From Eledone cirrhosa (Eukaryota): a stretch of 64,000 nucleotides of DNA. A program made the translations under genes and the position numbers. Positions 41,721 through 54,339 of the stretch are shown piece by piece. Where the stretch lies: positions 48,298,001-48,362,000 of the forward strand of contig OZ024748.1 of NCBI GenBank assembly GCA_964016885.1, in the 5' to 3' direction. The notes below the pieces were generated by a model that was given only the letters and a program-made list of their open reading frames with translations, was not told where the DNA came from and did no database searches. Positions within the stretch are counted from its first letter, which is position 1, and every line of letters starts with the position of its first letter.

Positions 41721-41879
41721 CACTGCTCTTACGTATTGATTAGAAAAAAATTTTCTCTTTCAAAAATTCTATTGTAAATATTTAATTATTTCAATGATGA
41801 CTGATGAGACAATAGTGTTCTGAATATGCAGGTGAAACTTACCACTTAGTCATTATAAATGATATATATATATATATCT

Positions 41880-42738
41880 CATCATCATTATCATCATCAC
41901 CATTTTATGTCGATTCATGGGTTAGACGGGTTGTCCTGTTGTGGGCAATGTTAGGTCAGCTGACCTTGTCTTGCTCATACGGGAACTGATTTTGGCTTGA
42001 TTTCTACAGCTGGATGCCTTTCCTAACACCAATCTCATTTACAGTGAGTGCCGGGTGCTTTTTAACCGTGGCGCCTACACGTCCACTTTACAGTGTGGGC
42101 TGGGTGCTTTTTTTTGACATGACACCTCCACGACCACTTTGCAGTAGGAGGGGATGGGGGAATATTGCTTATATGCTTCGGCTTCGACTTGTTCCCGTGG
42201 GAAGTCGGGTCTTCTGTATTACTGCGTGACGCCAGAGGTCTCGGTCCTGTGTCATCGCAGTTGAGAGGTGCAATTGGGCAAGGTCTGCTTTTATCACCTC
42301 GTCCCAGGTCTTCTTGGGTCTCCCCACTCCATGGCTTCCATCAACTTTTAGTGCTCTGCACCTTTTTATGCAGCTGTCATCCTTCATACACATCACATGT
42401 CCATACCAATGCATCCTCCCCTCCTGCACACAGCATTTGATTCCTCTTATACTCAGTCTCTCTCTTAGTTCGTTTATGCTTTGCCGTTCGCGTATATTAC
42501 TATTACACATCCATCGGAGCATGCAAGCTTTATTTCTTTCTAATCTATGCAAGTCTTCTACGCACAGCACCCAGGTCTCACTACCATGTAACATTTCTGT
42601 TCATATGCACACATCATACAGTCTGCCTTTCATTTTGAGGGAAAAGCCTTTTGCAGCTAGCAGTGGCAGTAGCTCCCTGAACTTCTTCCATCCCGTTCTT
42701 ACCCTGGTTACTGTATTTTCAGAACACCCACCTCCGCT
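41880..42738 (-). mobile_element. 5'-truncated RTE LINE (family A) with extended 3' module
   Basis: ORF piece MLHGSETW...LRWMC...WYGHV...GRPKKTW is homologous to the C-terminus of the RTE at 58784, and a (GAT)n tail is present. Confidence 0.92.
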
Positions 42739-42741
42739 GCT

Positions 42742-42915
42742 ATTCTAGAACTTCACAGAACTGTAGAATATTCTAGACATTCATAGAGCTGTAGAATATT
42801 CTAGACCTTCACAGAGCTGTAGAATATTCTAGACCTGCACAAAATTGCAAGGAATTCAACAGTTGTAAAGAACAGCAGACAATTCTAAACCTGCATGGAA
42901 AGGCATAGAATTCTA
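42742..42915. repeat. Short ~28-30 bp tandem repeat containing the palindrome TAGAATATTCTA
   Basis: CTGTAGAATATTCTAGAC occurs three times, plus degenerate copies. Confidence 0.8.
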
Positions 42916-43127
42916 GTTAAAGTATTAAAGTCAGTGATAAATACATTAGGAATATTGTTTTGTTTATGAAATGGAAGAAAAATCTTTCTCTTGTTTCTTA
43001 TCTGAGTTTTCAACATTAATCACAGGAGACATGATATTATCAAGAATCTCAGAGAAACCAAAATATGAACACAACAGCAACAACAACATTCAATGAAAAA
43101 AAAGTATGTAGAAAATTAAACACACGT

Positions 43128-43608
43128 CACAACAGAATACATCACACACATACACACACAACAGAATGCATCACATATATACACACACACAACAGAATAC
43201 ATCACACACATACACACACAACAGAATACATCACACACATACACACACAACAGAATGCATCACATATATACACACACACAACAGAATACATCACACACAT
43301 ACACACACAACAGAATACATCACACACATACACACACAACAGAATGCATCACACATACACACACGCAGCATGCATCACACACACACACACAAGCAGAATG
43401 CATCATACACAGAATGCATCACACCCACATACACACAGACAGAATGCATCACATACATACACACAGACAGAATGCATCACACCCACATACACACAGACAG
43501 AATGCATCACATACATACATACACACAGACAGAATGCATCACACCCACATACACACAGACAGAATGCATCACACCCACATACACACAGACAGAATGCATC
43601 ACACACAA
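43128..43608. repeat. CA-rich minisatellite (~28-32 bp; CAGAATGCATCACAC...)
   Basis: Direct reading. Confidence 0.92.
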
Positions 43609-44043
43609 TGTATCACCCCAAAAGACATACATGTACACATGCACACAGTGAACCACACACACGACACAATGACTTACACATACATTCATTGCTTGTTGCT
43701 TCAAAAAGGATTCTTGTTGCAATAAGAATAGCTACAGTGTGTGTGTGCTTTTGTGTGTCTCAACACATCTACCTATCTAGATACATCTAGGTACATCTAT
43801 GTATAAAGCTGTATGTGCATATGCACGGAGTTGCAAGGAATTCTATGGTTGTAAAGAACAGTAGACAATTCTAGACCTGTAACATCAGCATCTTTCTTAA
43901 TGTTATTCTTCTACTGAATCTCCATTGTAACTACAAACTACGAATGTAGAGAGCTTTCTCCTGCTTGCTCCTGTTTTTACCAAAACAATTTCTACTGAAC
44001 ACATACAGCTCCAACACTGTGAGACTAAGCAGCTGAAGATAGG

Positions 44044-45425
44044 ATGCAATCATTCACCATCTCCAAGTCCCTAAAAGACATTCCCTTTCCAGCAAAAAGG
44101 AGTACACTAGCCAGCTGATCCTTAAAACGGTCTCCTTTATACACAGAATGTGGTGGAGAGCATTCCATTTTGATAGGAAAACCCATATGAAGGAGATCAA
44201 CACTGACAACCCAGACCCCATGTTCGGTTTCAAATCTAGAGAAAACCCTCCACAAAACAAACTTATGAAAAAGAGATGGCCAACATTATATCAGGCGTAA
44301 ACTTCTTAAGGTACCCACCTAAGGAACAGCCTCACCTCAGGAAACCATCGAATAGAATTTCTGCACTTAAACACTCCAACGGAATTCTTGTGCATGCAGA
44401 TAACATGTATGCAACAACATATAAGAAACCAATTCTAAAGGAACTTCGAGAAAATTACAAGAAAACCTCACAGGCTAACCTTAACGAAATCAACAAACAG
44501 ACAAATAGCATAGTAACTAAGCTTAATATTTCAGATAGAACCGGACCTTACCAACTCAGAGAACCTTGTATTCTGCTGAAAGGTTACAAACCAAACTTTG
44601 AAATGGAACTCCCAGTCAGACTTGTCGTACCATCAAAATCTGACATCGGGAGTATAAGCAAAAGAATCCTGGACAGGATTATACCAACACTTAAAAAAAA
44701 AGATCCCAATGCAGCGAAGGTCCGGGACAGGTGACGTAATTGAATAGTTCAATGGCCTGCAAAACAAAGATAGGACTAAATTTATCCAGCTGGATATCTG
44801 TAATTACTACGCATTTATTTCCCCGGTGATACTTAATAAGGCACATATGTTTGCATAGCCACATGGATTTAACCCGGGTGAAATCAACATTATTCACACA
44901 GCCAAGAAAACACTAATTAATTTTAACGGTGAATTATGGACTAGGAAAGAATTGCCAGACAACTTTGACATCACGATGGGATCGAGCAACTTGGCACAGG
45001 TTATAGGCCTGGTGGGCATCTACGTCCTCAAAAACCTGAAGAGCGAGATCCCAGCATTAGGCAGTGGTATCTACCGCGGCGATGCTCTGTTTACTCAACC
45101 ATAGCAACAGCATGATAACTAGGATTAGTAAAAAATTAATTAATTTATTCAAAAACATTTGTCTCAACATAAATATAGACAATAACAGAAAAACAGTTAA
45201 CTTCCTAGACATAACCCTCAATTTAGAATCCGGTCTCTACTACCACAAGCTGAACGAGTGCCTTAAGTACTTTAATGCGAACTCTAACCATCCCAAGTCA
45301 GTCAATAGTGAATAGCATCTCCCGTAGGATATCATCTCTGTCAGCTAACCAGGAAACCTTCAACAGCGTAGCTAAATATTAAAATAGTGCCCTGATTAGT
45401 GCAGGTTACAAAGGGAAAATTAAAC
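44044..45425 (+). pseudogene. Penelope-like element reverse transcriptase, decayed
   Basis: Across frames: SKSLKDIP, HRMWWRAFHF, FGFKS, LVHAD, PVRLVVPSKSDIGSISKRILDRI, FIQLDI, FDITMGS..AQVIGLVG, GIYRGDAL (degenerate YRDD), VNFLDITLNL and SNHP. Confidence 0.88.
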
Positions 45426-45429
45426 TTCG

Positions 45430-45672
45430 CCTACCAGGGAAGGGCCACACAAATTTTGTCGATATACTTTCGTCAAATCGGACCGAGGAAACTAAGTTTC
45501 CATTAGTCGTTCCAATTGCTCATACCATCTATGGGTCGCAACTCCAGGTAGATGAAGCAGCGTGAAATAAAGTGTCTTGCTCAAGGACTAAACGTATCGC
45601 CAAGTCCAGGAAATGAACTCACAACCTCACGATTGTGAATCCTGTTCTCTAACCAATCAGCCACATGCCGTC
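45430..45672 (-). mobile_element. Diverged CORE-type tRNA SINE
   Basis: GTGAAATAAAGTGTCTTGCTCAAGG and GAACTCACAACC are shared with the SINE at 30800-30870. Confidence 0.7.
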
Positions 45673-45677
45673 ACATT

Positions 45678-45738
<61 letters not shown>

Positions 45739-45741
45739 GTG

Positions 45742-45811
<70 letters not shown>

Positions 45812-45817
45812 TGTGTA

Positions 45818-46630
45818 TCATCATCATCATCATCATCATCGTTTAAAGTCCGTATTCCACGCTTGCATGGGTTTGGACGGGAGTTTTCCCACTTGAGGCA
45901 AGATTGGTTGTCTTGCTCGCATAGGACTGTCTGGCGGGTTTTCTACAGCTGGATGCCCTTCCTAACACCAACCACATTTACAGTGTGGGGCTGGGAGGTT
46001 TTTACCGTGTTACCTACACGGCCACATTACAGTGTGTACTGTGTGTTTTTTATCGTGACACCTATACGACCTCATTTGTTTCGGGCTGGATGTTGTGGCA
46101 CCAACATAACTTTACATTGAAAGGGGTGGTGTGGATGGGGTGGGGGTAGTGGGACGGGGGTGTATTTTGTTAGAGGTGCCTACCGACTGTAGTAGGTTTT
46201 ACTTTGTATTTAGGTGAGGCAGGTCTTCTCTATTACTGAGTACCGCCAAAGATCTCGGTCCGGTGACATTGTCTTGGAGAGGTGTAAGTGTGTGAGGTCG
46301 GAATTTATCAAGTCGTCCCAGGTTTTTCTGGGTCTGCCTACTCCGTGGCTACCGTCTATCTTTATTGCCCTGCACTTTTTTATACAGCTGTCGTCTTTCA
46401 TGCGCATCACGTGACCATACCAACGTAGCCTTCTCTCGAGTAAACAACATCTGATCCCTCTTATTTCTAATTTTTCCCTTAGTTCGTTAATGCTTTGCCG
46501 TTCACGTATATTACTATTACACATCCAGCGGAGCATGCAAGCTTCGTTCCTCTCTAGTCTGCGTATATCCTCTGCACACAATGCCCAGGTCTCACTGCCA
46601 TGCAACATTGCTGTTCGTATGCAGGCATCA
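45818..46630 (-). mobile_element. 5'-truncated RTE LINE (family B)
   Basis: ORF piece MLHGSETWAL...RRLRWYGHV...GRPRKTW, with a 3' region homologous to 6393-6797. Confidence 0.92.
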
Positions 46631-46988
<358 letters not shown>

Positions 46989-47028
46989 CGATATTAATAA
47001 ATGGAAACTATATTTATAAAATCATATT

Positions 47029-47093
47029 TATTTCATTATACATATTTCAGGGATACCAAATTAAATTATGGTATGCCTTCATCAGACAAAATA
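47029..47093 (-). ncRNA. Putative hammerhead ribozyme (minus-strand copy)
   Basis: Reverse complement of 47274-47338. Confidence 0.65.
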
Positions 47094-47273
47094 CAATATA
47101 TAACAGTTTTACAAATAAGCTTTGACGTACCCAATTAAAATGCAACAATTGTTTTTGGAAGTCATCCGGATAGTCCGGATGACTTCCGGATGACTATCCG
47201 GATGACTTCCAAAAACAATGGTTGCATTTTAATAGGGTACGTCAAAGCTTATTTGTAAAGCTATTATATATTG

Positions 47274-47338
47274 TATTTTGTCTGATGAAGGCATACCATA
47301 ATTTAATTTGGTATCCCTGAAATATGTATAATGAAATA
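47274..47338 (+). ncRNA. Putative hammerhead ribozyme (plus-strand copy)
   Basis: TATTTTGT-CTGATGA-AGGCATACCATAATTTAATTTGGTATCCCT-GAAA-TATGTA-TA-ATGAAATA. Confidence 0.65.
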
Positions 47339-47499
47339 AATATGGTTTTATAAATATAGTTTCCATTTATTAATATCGTATATCTACTCTAAATACTTGT
47401 CGAGTGCTTTATATCAGTTATAAAAATATTTACTTGTTGTATCCCAACAATTTTAAATAGAACTTTTGCATGTATATATATATATATATATATATATAC

Positions 47500-47538
<39 letters not shown>

Positions 47539-47549
47539 ATAATATATAT

Positions 47550-47890
47550 CATCATCATCATTTCATTTTACGTCCACTTTTCCCTGCTTGCAGGGATGGG
47601 ACGGGATCTGATTCTGGCTTGATTTCTACAGCTGGATGCCCTTCCTAACACCAACCTCATTTACAGTGAGTGCTGGGTGCTTTTTTGCCGTGGCACCTCC
47701 ACGACCACTTTGCAGTGGAACGATAGGGACCCCAGTCCCTATCATCTCATTTCTACAGCTGAGTAAACTGGAGCAATGTGAAATAAAGTGTCTTGCTCAA
47801 GGAAACAACACATCACCCGGTCTGAGAATTGAACTCACAACCTTTCGATTGCAAGGCCAATGCTCTAACCACTAAGCCATGTGCCTCCAT
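47550..47890 (-). mobile_element. Full-length CORE-type SINE with RTE-derived tail
   Basis: Same family as 30573-30917; A box TGGCTTAGTGG. Confidence 0.92.
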
Positions 47891-47918
47891 ATATATATAT
47901 ATATATTATATAAATATA

Positions 47919-48705
47919 TACTACCACTGCTAGCTGCAAAAGGCTTCTCCCTCAGAATGAAAGGCAGACTGTATGATGCGTGTATCCGAACAGCGATGTT
48001 GCATGGTAGTGAGACCTGGGCGCTGAAGGTGGAAGACTTACGTAGATTAGAGAGAAACGAAGCCTGCATGCTCCGATGGATGTGTAACAGTAATATACGT
48101 GAACGACAAAGCATAAAGGAATTGAGAGAGAGACTGAGCATAAGAGGAATCAAATGCTGCGTGCAGGAGAGGCGGTTACGCTGGTATGGACATGTGATGC
48201 GTATGAAGGATGACAGCTGCATAAAAAGGTGCAGAGCACTAGAAGTTGATGGAAACCGCGGAGTGGGGAGACCCAAGATGACTTGGGATGAGGTGATAAA
48301 AGCCGACCTTACCCAACTACACCTCTCAAAGTCAATGACACACGACCGTGACTTCTGGCGTCACGCAGTAATACAGGGTACCCAACCTCCCATGGGTACA
48401 TGCTGAAGCATATAAACAATATGCCCCCCCCCCCCACCGCAAGGTGGCCGTGGAGGTGCCACGGCAAAAAAGCACCCAGCCCACACTGTAAAGTGGACGT
48501 GTAGGCGCCACGAAAAAGCACCCAGCACTCACTGTAAATGAGGTTGGTGTTAGGAAGGGCATCCAGCTGTAGAAATCAAGCCAGATCAGTTCCTGTATGA
48601 GCAAGGCATGGTCAGCCGACCAGACACTGCCCACAACAGGACAACCCGTCTAACCCATGCTAGCGTGGAAGAACGGACGTAAAACGGTGATGATGATGAT
48701 GATGA

Positions 48706-48708
<3 letters not shown>
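47919..48708 (+). mobile_element. 5'-truncated RTE LINE (family A) with extended 3' module
   Basis: LPLLAAKGFSLRMKGRLYDAC...RRLRWYGHV...GRPKMTW, then the 3' module and (GAT)n. Confidence 0.93.
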
Positions 48709-48753
<45 letters not shown>

Positions 48754-48789
48754 TATATACCTATACCTATAATATATATATATATATAC

Positions 48790-48826
<37 letters not shown>

Positions 48827-48849
48827 ATAATATATATATATATATATAG

Positions 48850-49136
48850 ACAATACACCCCCCACCCCAAGGTGGTCGTGGAGGTGCCACGGCAAAAAAG
48901 CACCCAGCCCACACTGTAAAGTGGACGTGTAGGCGCCACGAAAAAGCACCCAGCACTCACTGTAAATGAGGTTGGTGTTAGGAAGGGCATCCAGCTGTAG
49001 AAATCAAGCCAGATCAGTTCCTGTATGAGCAAGGCATGGTCAGCCGACCAGACACTGCCCACAACAGGACAACCCGTCTAACCCATGCTAGCATGGATGA
49101 ACGGACGTAAAACGGTGATGATGATGATGATGATGA
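48850..49136 (+). mobile_element. Second copy of the family A 3' module
   Basis: Near-identical to 48415-48708. Confidence 0.9.
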
Positions 49137-49149
49137 TATATATATATAC

Positions 49150-49194
<45 letters not shown>

Positions 49195-49243
49195 ATAAAA
49201 TACCTATAATATATATACCTATAATATATATATATATATATAA

Positions 49244-49344
49244 TCATCATCATCATCATCATCACCGTTTTACGTCCGTTCTTCCACGCTAGCATGGGTT
49301 AGACGGGTTGTCCTGTTGTGGGCAGTGTCTGGTCGGCTGACCAT
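49244..49344 (-). mobile_element. Inverted short 3' fragment of the family A module
   Basis: Reverse complement of about 49036-49135. Confidence 0.9.
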
Positions 49345-49365
49345 AATATATATATATATATATAC

Positions 49366-49398
<33 letters not shown>

Positions 49399-49401
<3 letters not shown>

Positions 49402-49603
49402 GAAGGAAATGTGGTAAGGAACCAGGTGGACCATAACGCACCAAAGTACTCAATACTTAGGGTAGTAGAGTGGGTAATAGGAACGAGTAGGACCCCGACG
49501 GCTGAGCTCAAGCTGTTTCGACGGCTAATTCTGGACTCTAAGCGTCCAGAATTAGCCGTCGAAACAGCTTGAGCTCAGCCGTCGGGGTCCTACTCGTTCC
49601 TAT
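49399..49603. mobile_element. Hairpin element: leader plus perfect 60-bp inverted repeat
   Basis: Arms are 49477-49536 and 49544-49603, with loop TCTAAGC; the element is flanked by (TA)n. Confidence 0.9.
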
Positions 49604-49721
49604 ATATATACATATATATATATATATATACCTATAATATATATATATATATATATATATTTACCTATAATATATATATATATATATTTACCTATAATAT
49701 ATATATATATATTTACCTATA

Positions 49722-49754
<33 letters not shown>

Positions 49755-50219
49755 TACGTACATATACATATACATACACATAATTATTTATACATACACA
49801 CATATTTGTGTATGCATATGTGTGTGTGTGGATATATACACACATACATATATACAAATATCTGCATGTGTATATATAACAGCTGTTATAAGACATTAAA
49901 AAATCCAATTCTTAAATGATTCTTAAAAGATTTGATTTGAATAAAATTGTCTTTTGCCATTTCGCATAACTATATATATATTTTTAATATTCAAAGTTTA
50001 AAAAAATAAAAAATATATATATATATATAGAGAGAGAGAGATTAGTGATAGATTGTTTCTTATTATGATTTTAGACACTTTTAAAGTACTGTGCTGCCAC
50101 CTATATAAAATATGTGTAGCTATAAAATTATACATAATTATTCTTTGCATGAAATTAAACACACACAAGCACATCTATATACATCTACATATATGTATGT
50201 ATATATATACATATATAAA

Positions 50220-50385
50220 TATCAGAAAAGGTGTGGTAAAATATCAAGTGGACAATAAACCACCAGAGTACTCAATACTTGGGGTAGTAGAGTGGGTAAT
50301 ATGAAGAGTTTCAGGATACCGTTTCGGATTTAGCTGTCGAAACAGCTGAAGCTTAGCCACCGGGGTCCTGAATCTTTTCATACAT
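50220..50385. mobile_element. Diverged relative of the hairpin element
   Basis: Shares CACCAGAGTACTCAATACTTGGGGTAGTAGAGTGGGTAATA and TAGCTGTCGAAACAGCT...CGGGGTCCT. Confidence 0.75.
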
Positions 50386-51643
50386 ATATAAAGATCTATA
50401 TATATATATATATATACATATATACACACACATACACACACATATAGGTACACACACACATATATATATATATACATATATACACACACACACTCACATA
50501 TATATAAATATTACATACTCACACATACATATTTATTTTGAGTTTTAAAAAAGTAGAAATCAAAAATTTAATGAAAAAAATAACAGGAAAACCAAACTAC
50601 ACACGTGTATATACAATATTAAAAATATTAAAATATTAAAAAGTGTAAATATAATATTAAAATATTTAATATTATTCTTACAATAAGCCAATCCATTATC
50701 AATATTTGACAAAAAGTTTTGACAAAAAGTGAAAAAGAATGAAAAAATAGATTTTTTTCTAAATTATTTTTTTGTCCAAATCAAATTTTATCATTTCTAT
50801 ATATTTTTGTATATATTTTTAATATGTAAATATTAAAATTTCTTTTACAATTTTACTCTCATTCTTTTATTAAGTTTTTTTTTATTTGTTTTTCTATGTT
50901 TTTTTTTTTTTTCGTTTTTCGTTTGTTTGCTTTTTGGGTTTTTTGACCAGCTCATATGATTTGGAATTATGGAATTATTTGGTTTGGTACTATTGTGGCT
51001 TTATTTTTATCTCTTTCGATTATGATTTAAGAAGTGAAAGTAGTATCATCATCATCAGAGAACAGTATGTGTGTATTTCATATATATATATATACACGTT
51101 TAAATTTGGCGGTTTACCACTGGGTTAGAATTGGTTATTCACATGATAGATATGTTAACCATGACACAACCTGGTCACTGAAATGTATATAGTGTTTGCA
51201 GAAATAAATAATTAAGGAAATTCAACTCATTTGGTCTCCTGTAATTTCACTTTATTATATATATATATATATATATATATTTCCTCCCGTTTCGTTGGTA
51301 GTGGGGTTCTTTCCTTCTTTCTCACATCTCACTCACGTCGGACGGTCTGTATTCTGAACGCTCATGAAATTCACCCAGCTTATGCTGACCGGATAACCAT
51401 GTTGCTTGTTTTTTTTCCTATCTTTGGTTTGCCTTTATCCTTCTATGTTGTTTACTTGTCTCACTCGCTTTACGCGACTCACTTGTCCCAATGGCTTTTT
51501 TTAGTTATTGCTCGCACCAACCTGAGGTATATGATTTTTAATGCGATGAAATACCAATGATGGTTGGCAAATCACTGACGAGGGACTAATTTTATAATAT
51601 GTAACCCATGTGCAACCACGCAGTATTCCTCTTTCTTCTCATG

Positions 51644-51677
<34 letters not shown>

Positions 51678-51678
<1 letters not shown>

Positions 51679-51760
51679 TAGCTGAGCTACCCGGTGATTC
51701 CCGGGTATTTTATTAAACTTACAATATTTGACCATTGAAATATGATTGCTGAATTGAAAA
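51678..51760 (-). mobile_element. Helitron-like 3' terminus (internal extent unknown)
   Basis: The minus strand has the hairpin ACCCGG-GAATCA-CCGGGT, followed by AGCTCAG and CTAG|T. Confidence 0.7.
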
Positions 51761-52429
51761 TTGATTGGTAAAAGCAAATCATGTAGATAAAAAATATTAT
51801 TAGTTTTGTCCAGTGGTGATTTTTTTAAATACTGCTCCCTATTACAGTCAGCATATATAATGCTTCACACTTGGAAGAACCATTAGGTATGTTGTCAGTG
51901 AAAAGGGCATGACCAAAAAGAAAGAAATTTAGATTTTATTTATCCTTTTTTTTTTTGCACAATCAGAACCTCTGAAATTCAAATCAAATTTGAAGGCTAT
52001 TTTAAAAAGCATAAATAAAATAAAATAAAATAAATTTACCATTGGTTTATGAATGAATGAAGAACTTACTTATTTCTGTAATTCAGGAAAGTTTATCTAA
52101 ATGTGTGTAAGTATGGTAAATATATACATATACACCAGGAACCAAACTCCCACTGTCACTGCCTCCATCTCTCCCGATCTCCCCATCACTCACTATTATG
52201 AGCAAATGGGGGCCCACGCGCTGGCCACCCAGCAGCCTCGGTTCTGACATTGTGTCAATATAAAGAACCACTATTGTTAGCGTCATGGCATCCTAGGATT
52301 TGTTTACCAATTCCTTGTAGGCCTTCCATTCACTGCAGCTTAACTCTTTTGATAGCAACACACCAAAAACTGCTCCAATTCTAAAAAGATAAACCATGTT
52401 TTAAACTAAATAAAAAAATAATCATCATC

Positions 52430-52792
52430 TCCCACAGGTTCCTGAGAGGGTTGTGTGGCAGAGTCTTCAAACACTCCTTCCAGGAGGTAATGTGAGAAGC
52501 CACTGTCTTAATTGATCCATTTGGATACTCATCCAAACATCTTGCTCAGGGTCTACCTCTGGGTGTCTTGCTGGTCAATTTTTGCCCATAAAATCTGTCC
52601 AACAGTTATTCCAACAGTTATTTCCTGAGACATTCTGACCACATGAAAGTAATATCGGAGCTGTGATCTCTCAATTCAGAGAAATAGCAGCTCTACCTGG
52701 AGCAATTCTCCGATCTCCAAGCTACACACTCTATCAAGTAACATTACTACTCCAAGGGCCCTGTGGAGGAACCCCATTTCGGCTACTTGTAT
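52430..52792 (-). mobile_element. Old RTE (Expander/Rex3-like) 3' fragment
   Basis: The minus strand reads IQVAEMGFLHR...LDRV...IERSQLRYYFHVVRM...TPRGRP. Confidence 0.75.
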
Positions 52793-53125
52793 TTGTAATC
52801 ATATAACCATATTATATATATATATATAAACACCAGCATCACAATAATGTACAGTATATACTTGAATATGTGACTAAAAGATTGATGATGATGGTGATAG
52901 TGATGATGGTGATGATGGTGGTGGTGATGATGATGATGGTGGTGGTGGTGATGATGATGGTGATGATGATGGTGATGGTGAAGGTGATGATGATGGTGAA
53001 GATGATGATTGTGAAGATGAAGATGATAGTGATGGTGAAGATGAAGAAGATGATGATGATGATGATATATATATATATATATAAACAAATATCCCTGCCT
53101 GGCGTGTTGAATGCAGACACACTCA

Positions 53126-53172
<47 letters not shown>

Positions 53173-53174
<2 letters not shown>

Positions 53175-53476
53175 GATATTAAACAAATGGAAACTATATT
53201 TATAAAACCATATTTATTTTGTTATATATATTTCTGGGATATCATATTAAAAATATGGTATGCCTTCCTCAGACAAAATACAATACATAAGCTGTTTTAT
53301 AAATAATTAGTGACATACCTTGTAATAATGCAACTTCCTTTTAAAAAGTTGATTTGGTAGTGAAACTGTTATGATAGTTATATAGAAAGAAAACGAAGAT
53401 GAGAAACTGTTGAGTGCTTTTATATCAGTTATAAAATATTTACTCGTTGTAACCCAACAATCTTAAATAAAACTTT

Positions 53477-53480
<4 letters not shown>
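53173..53480 (-). mobile_element. Third copy of the hammerhead-bearing PLE-derived element
   Basis: Homologous to 46988-47140 and 47400-47470, with a CTGAGGA...GAAA core on the minus strand at about 53215-53280. Confidence 0.75.
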
Positions 53481-53512
<32 letters not shown>

Positions 53513-53699
53513 AAAAGGAAGTTAGTTTGTACGTTGACTGTAACACTAAATAAAATTCATAAAAATTAAGCTTTTTCATGTGTTTTCAACTAATCTGACC
53601 TCCATCAAGCTCGCTGTTGACCTATTTTACGAAAATGAAATGGCGGGGGGGGGGGGCAGTTGTGGGAGAATTTACTGCTCTTTCTAGCACTGGTACTGT

Positions 53700-54010
53700 C
53701 CAGCCATGTCATGTGTAGCTTCATTGGATTGCTACAAGTTAGTTTGACACTGTGGGGTGACCACAGCTGAGAGCAATAGTCGAGCCAGCTGAGGACAAAA
53801 GTCCCCCAGAGGGCCAACATGGTTTCTGAGTCTCTTGTTCTGAATGTCCTTAGAATCCAAACCCTCAGTCGTCTGCAGATTGCCATCATTTTGGTGATGT
53901 GTGCATGAAACAATGCATCATTGCTTATGTCAATACCCAGGTCTCGTATTGATTTTGACTCTAGGATTTCGATTCCTCCTGGTCCATACATATTTTTCTT
54001 ATCTCTGGTA
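53700..54010 (-). mobile_element. CR1/L2-group LINE RT C-terminal fragment
   Basis: IRDLGIDISNDALFHAHI...WILRTFRTRD...LDYCSQLWSP. Confidence 0.8.
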
Positions 54011-54339
54011 AGATTTAGGCACTGAAAATATGGTTTGTAAACTGTGACATTATTATTTACTTTAAAATAGAATGTAGCTTCCCTGGCCAGCCCCTCTCTC
54101 ATCTTAATCCCTTCAAGCACCACCACCACCAACACTACCACCATTGGAATCTATGTCTATACTTACTACACCAACATCTCCACCATGTCAACATCACTAT
54201 CACCACCACTACACTACATCTATAACTCCACCACACCAGAACCATCTCTCAACACCACTATCACAACATCACCCTCACCCTCACCCACCACCAAACCACC
54301 ACCTGCCACTCAATATTTATAACTACATTTATTACTCTA

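Noticed and set aside
52140-52385. Possible minus-strand exon (IGAVFGVLLSKELSCSEWKAYKEL)
   Set aside because: No recognisable protein motif, and part of it (TTAACTCTTTTGATAGCAAC) resembles a TTAA-type MITE end. Support is insufficient.
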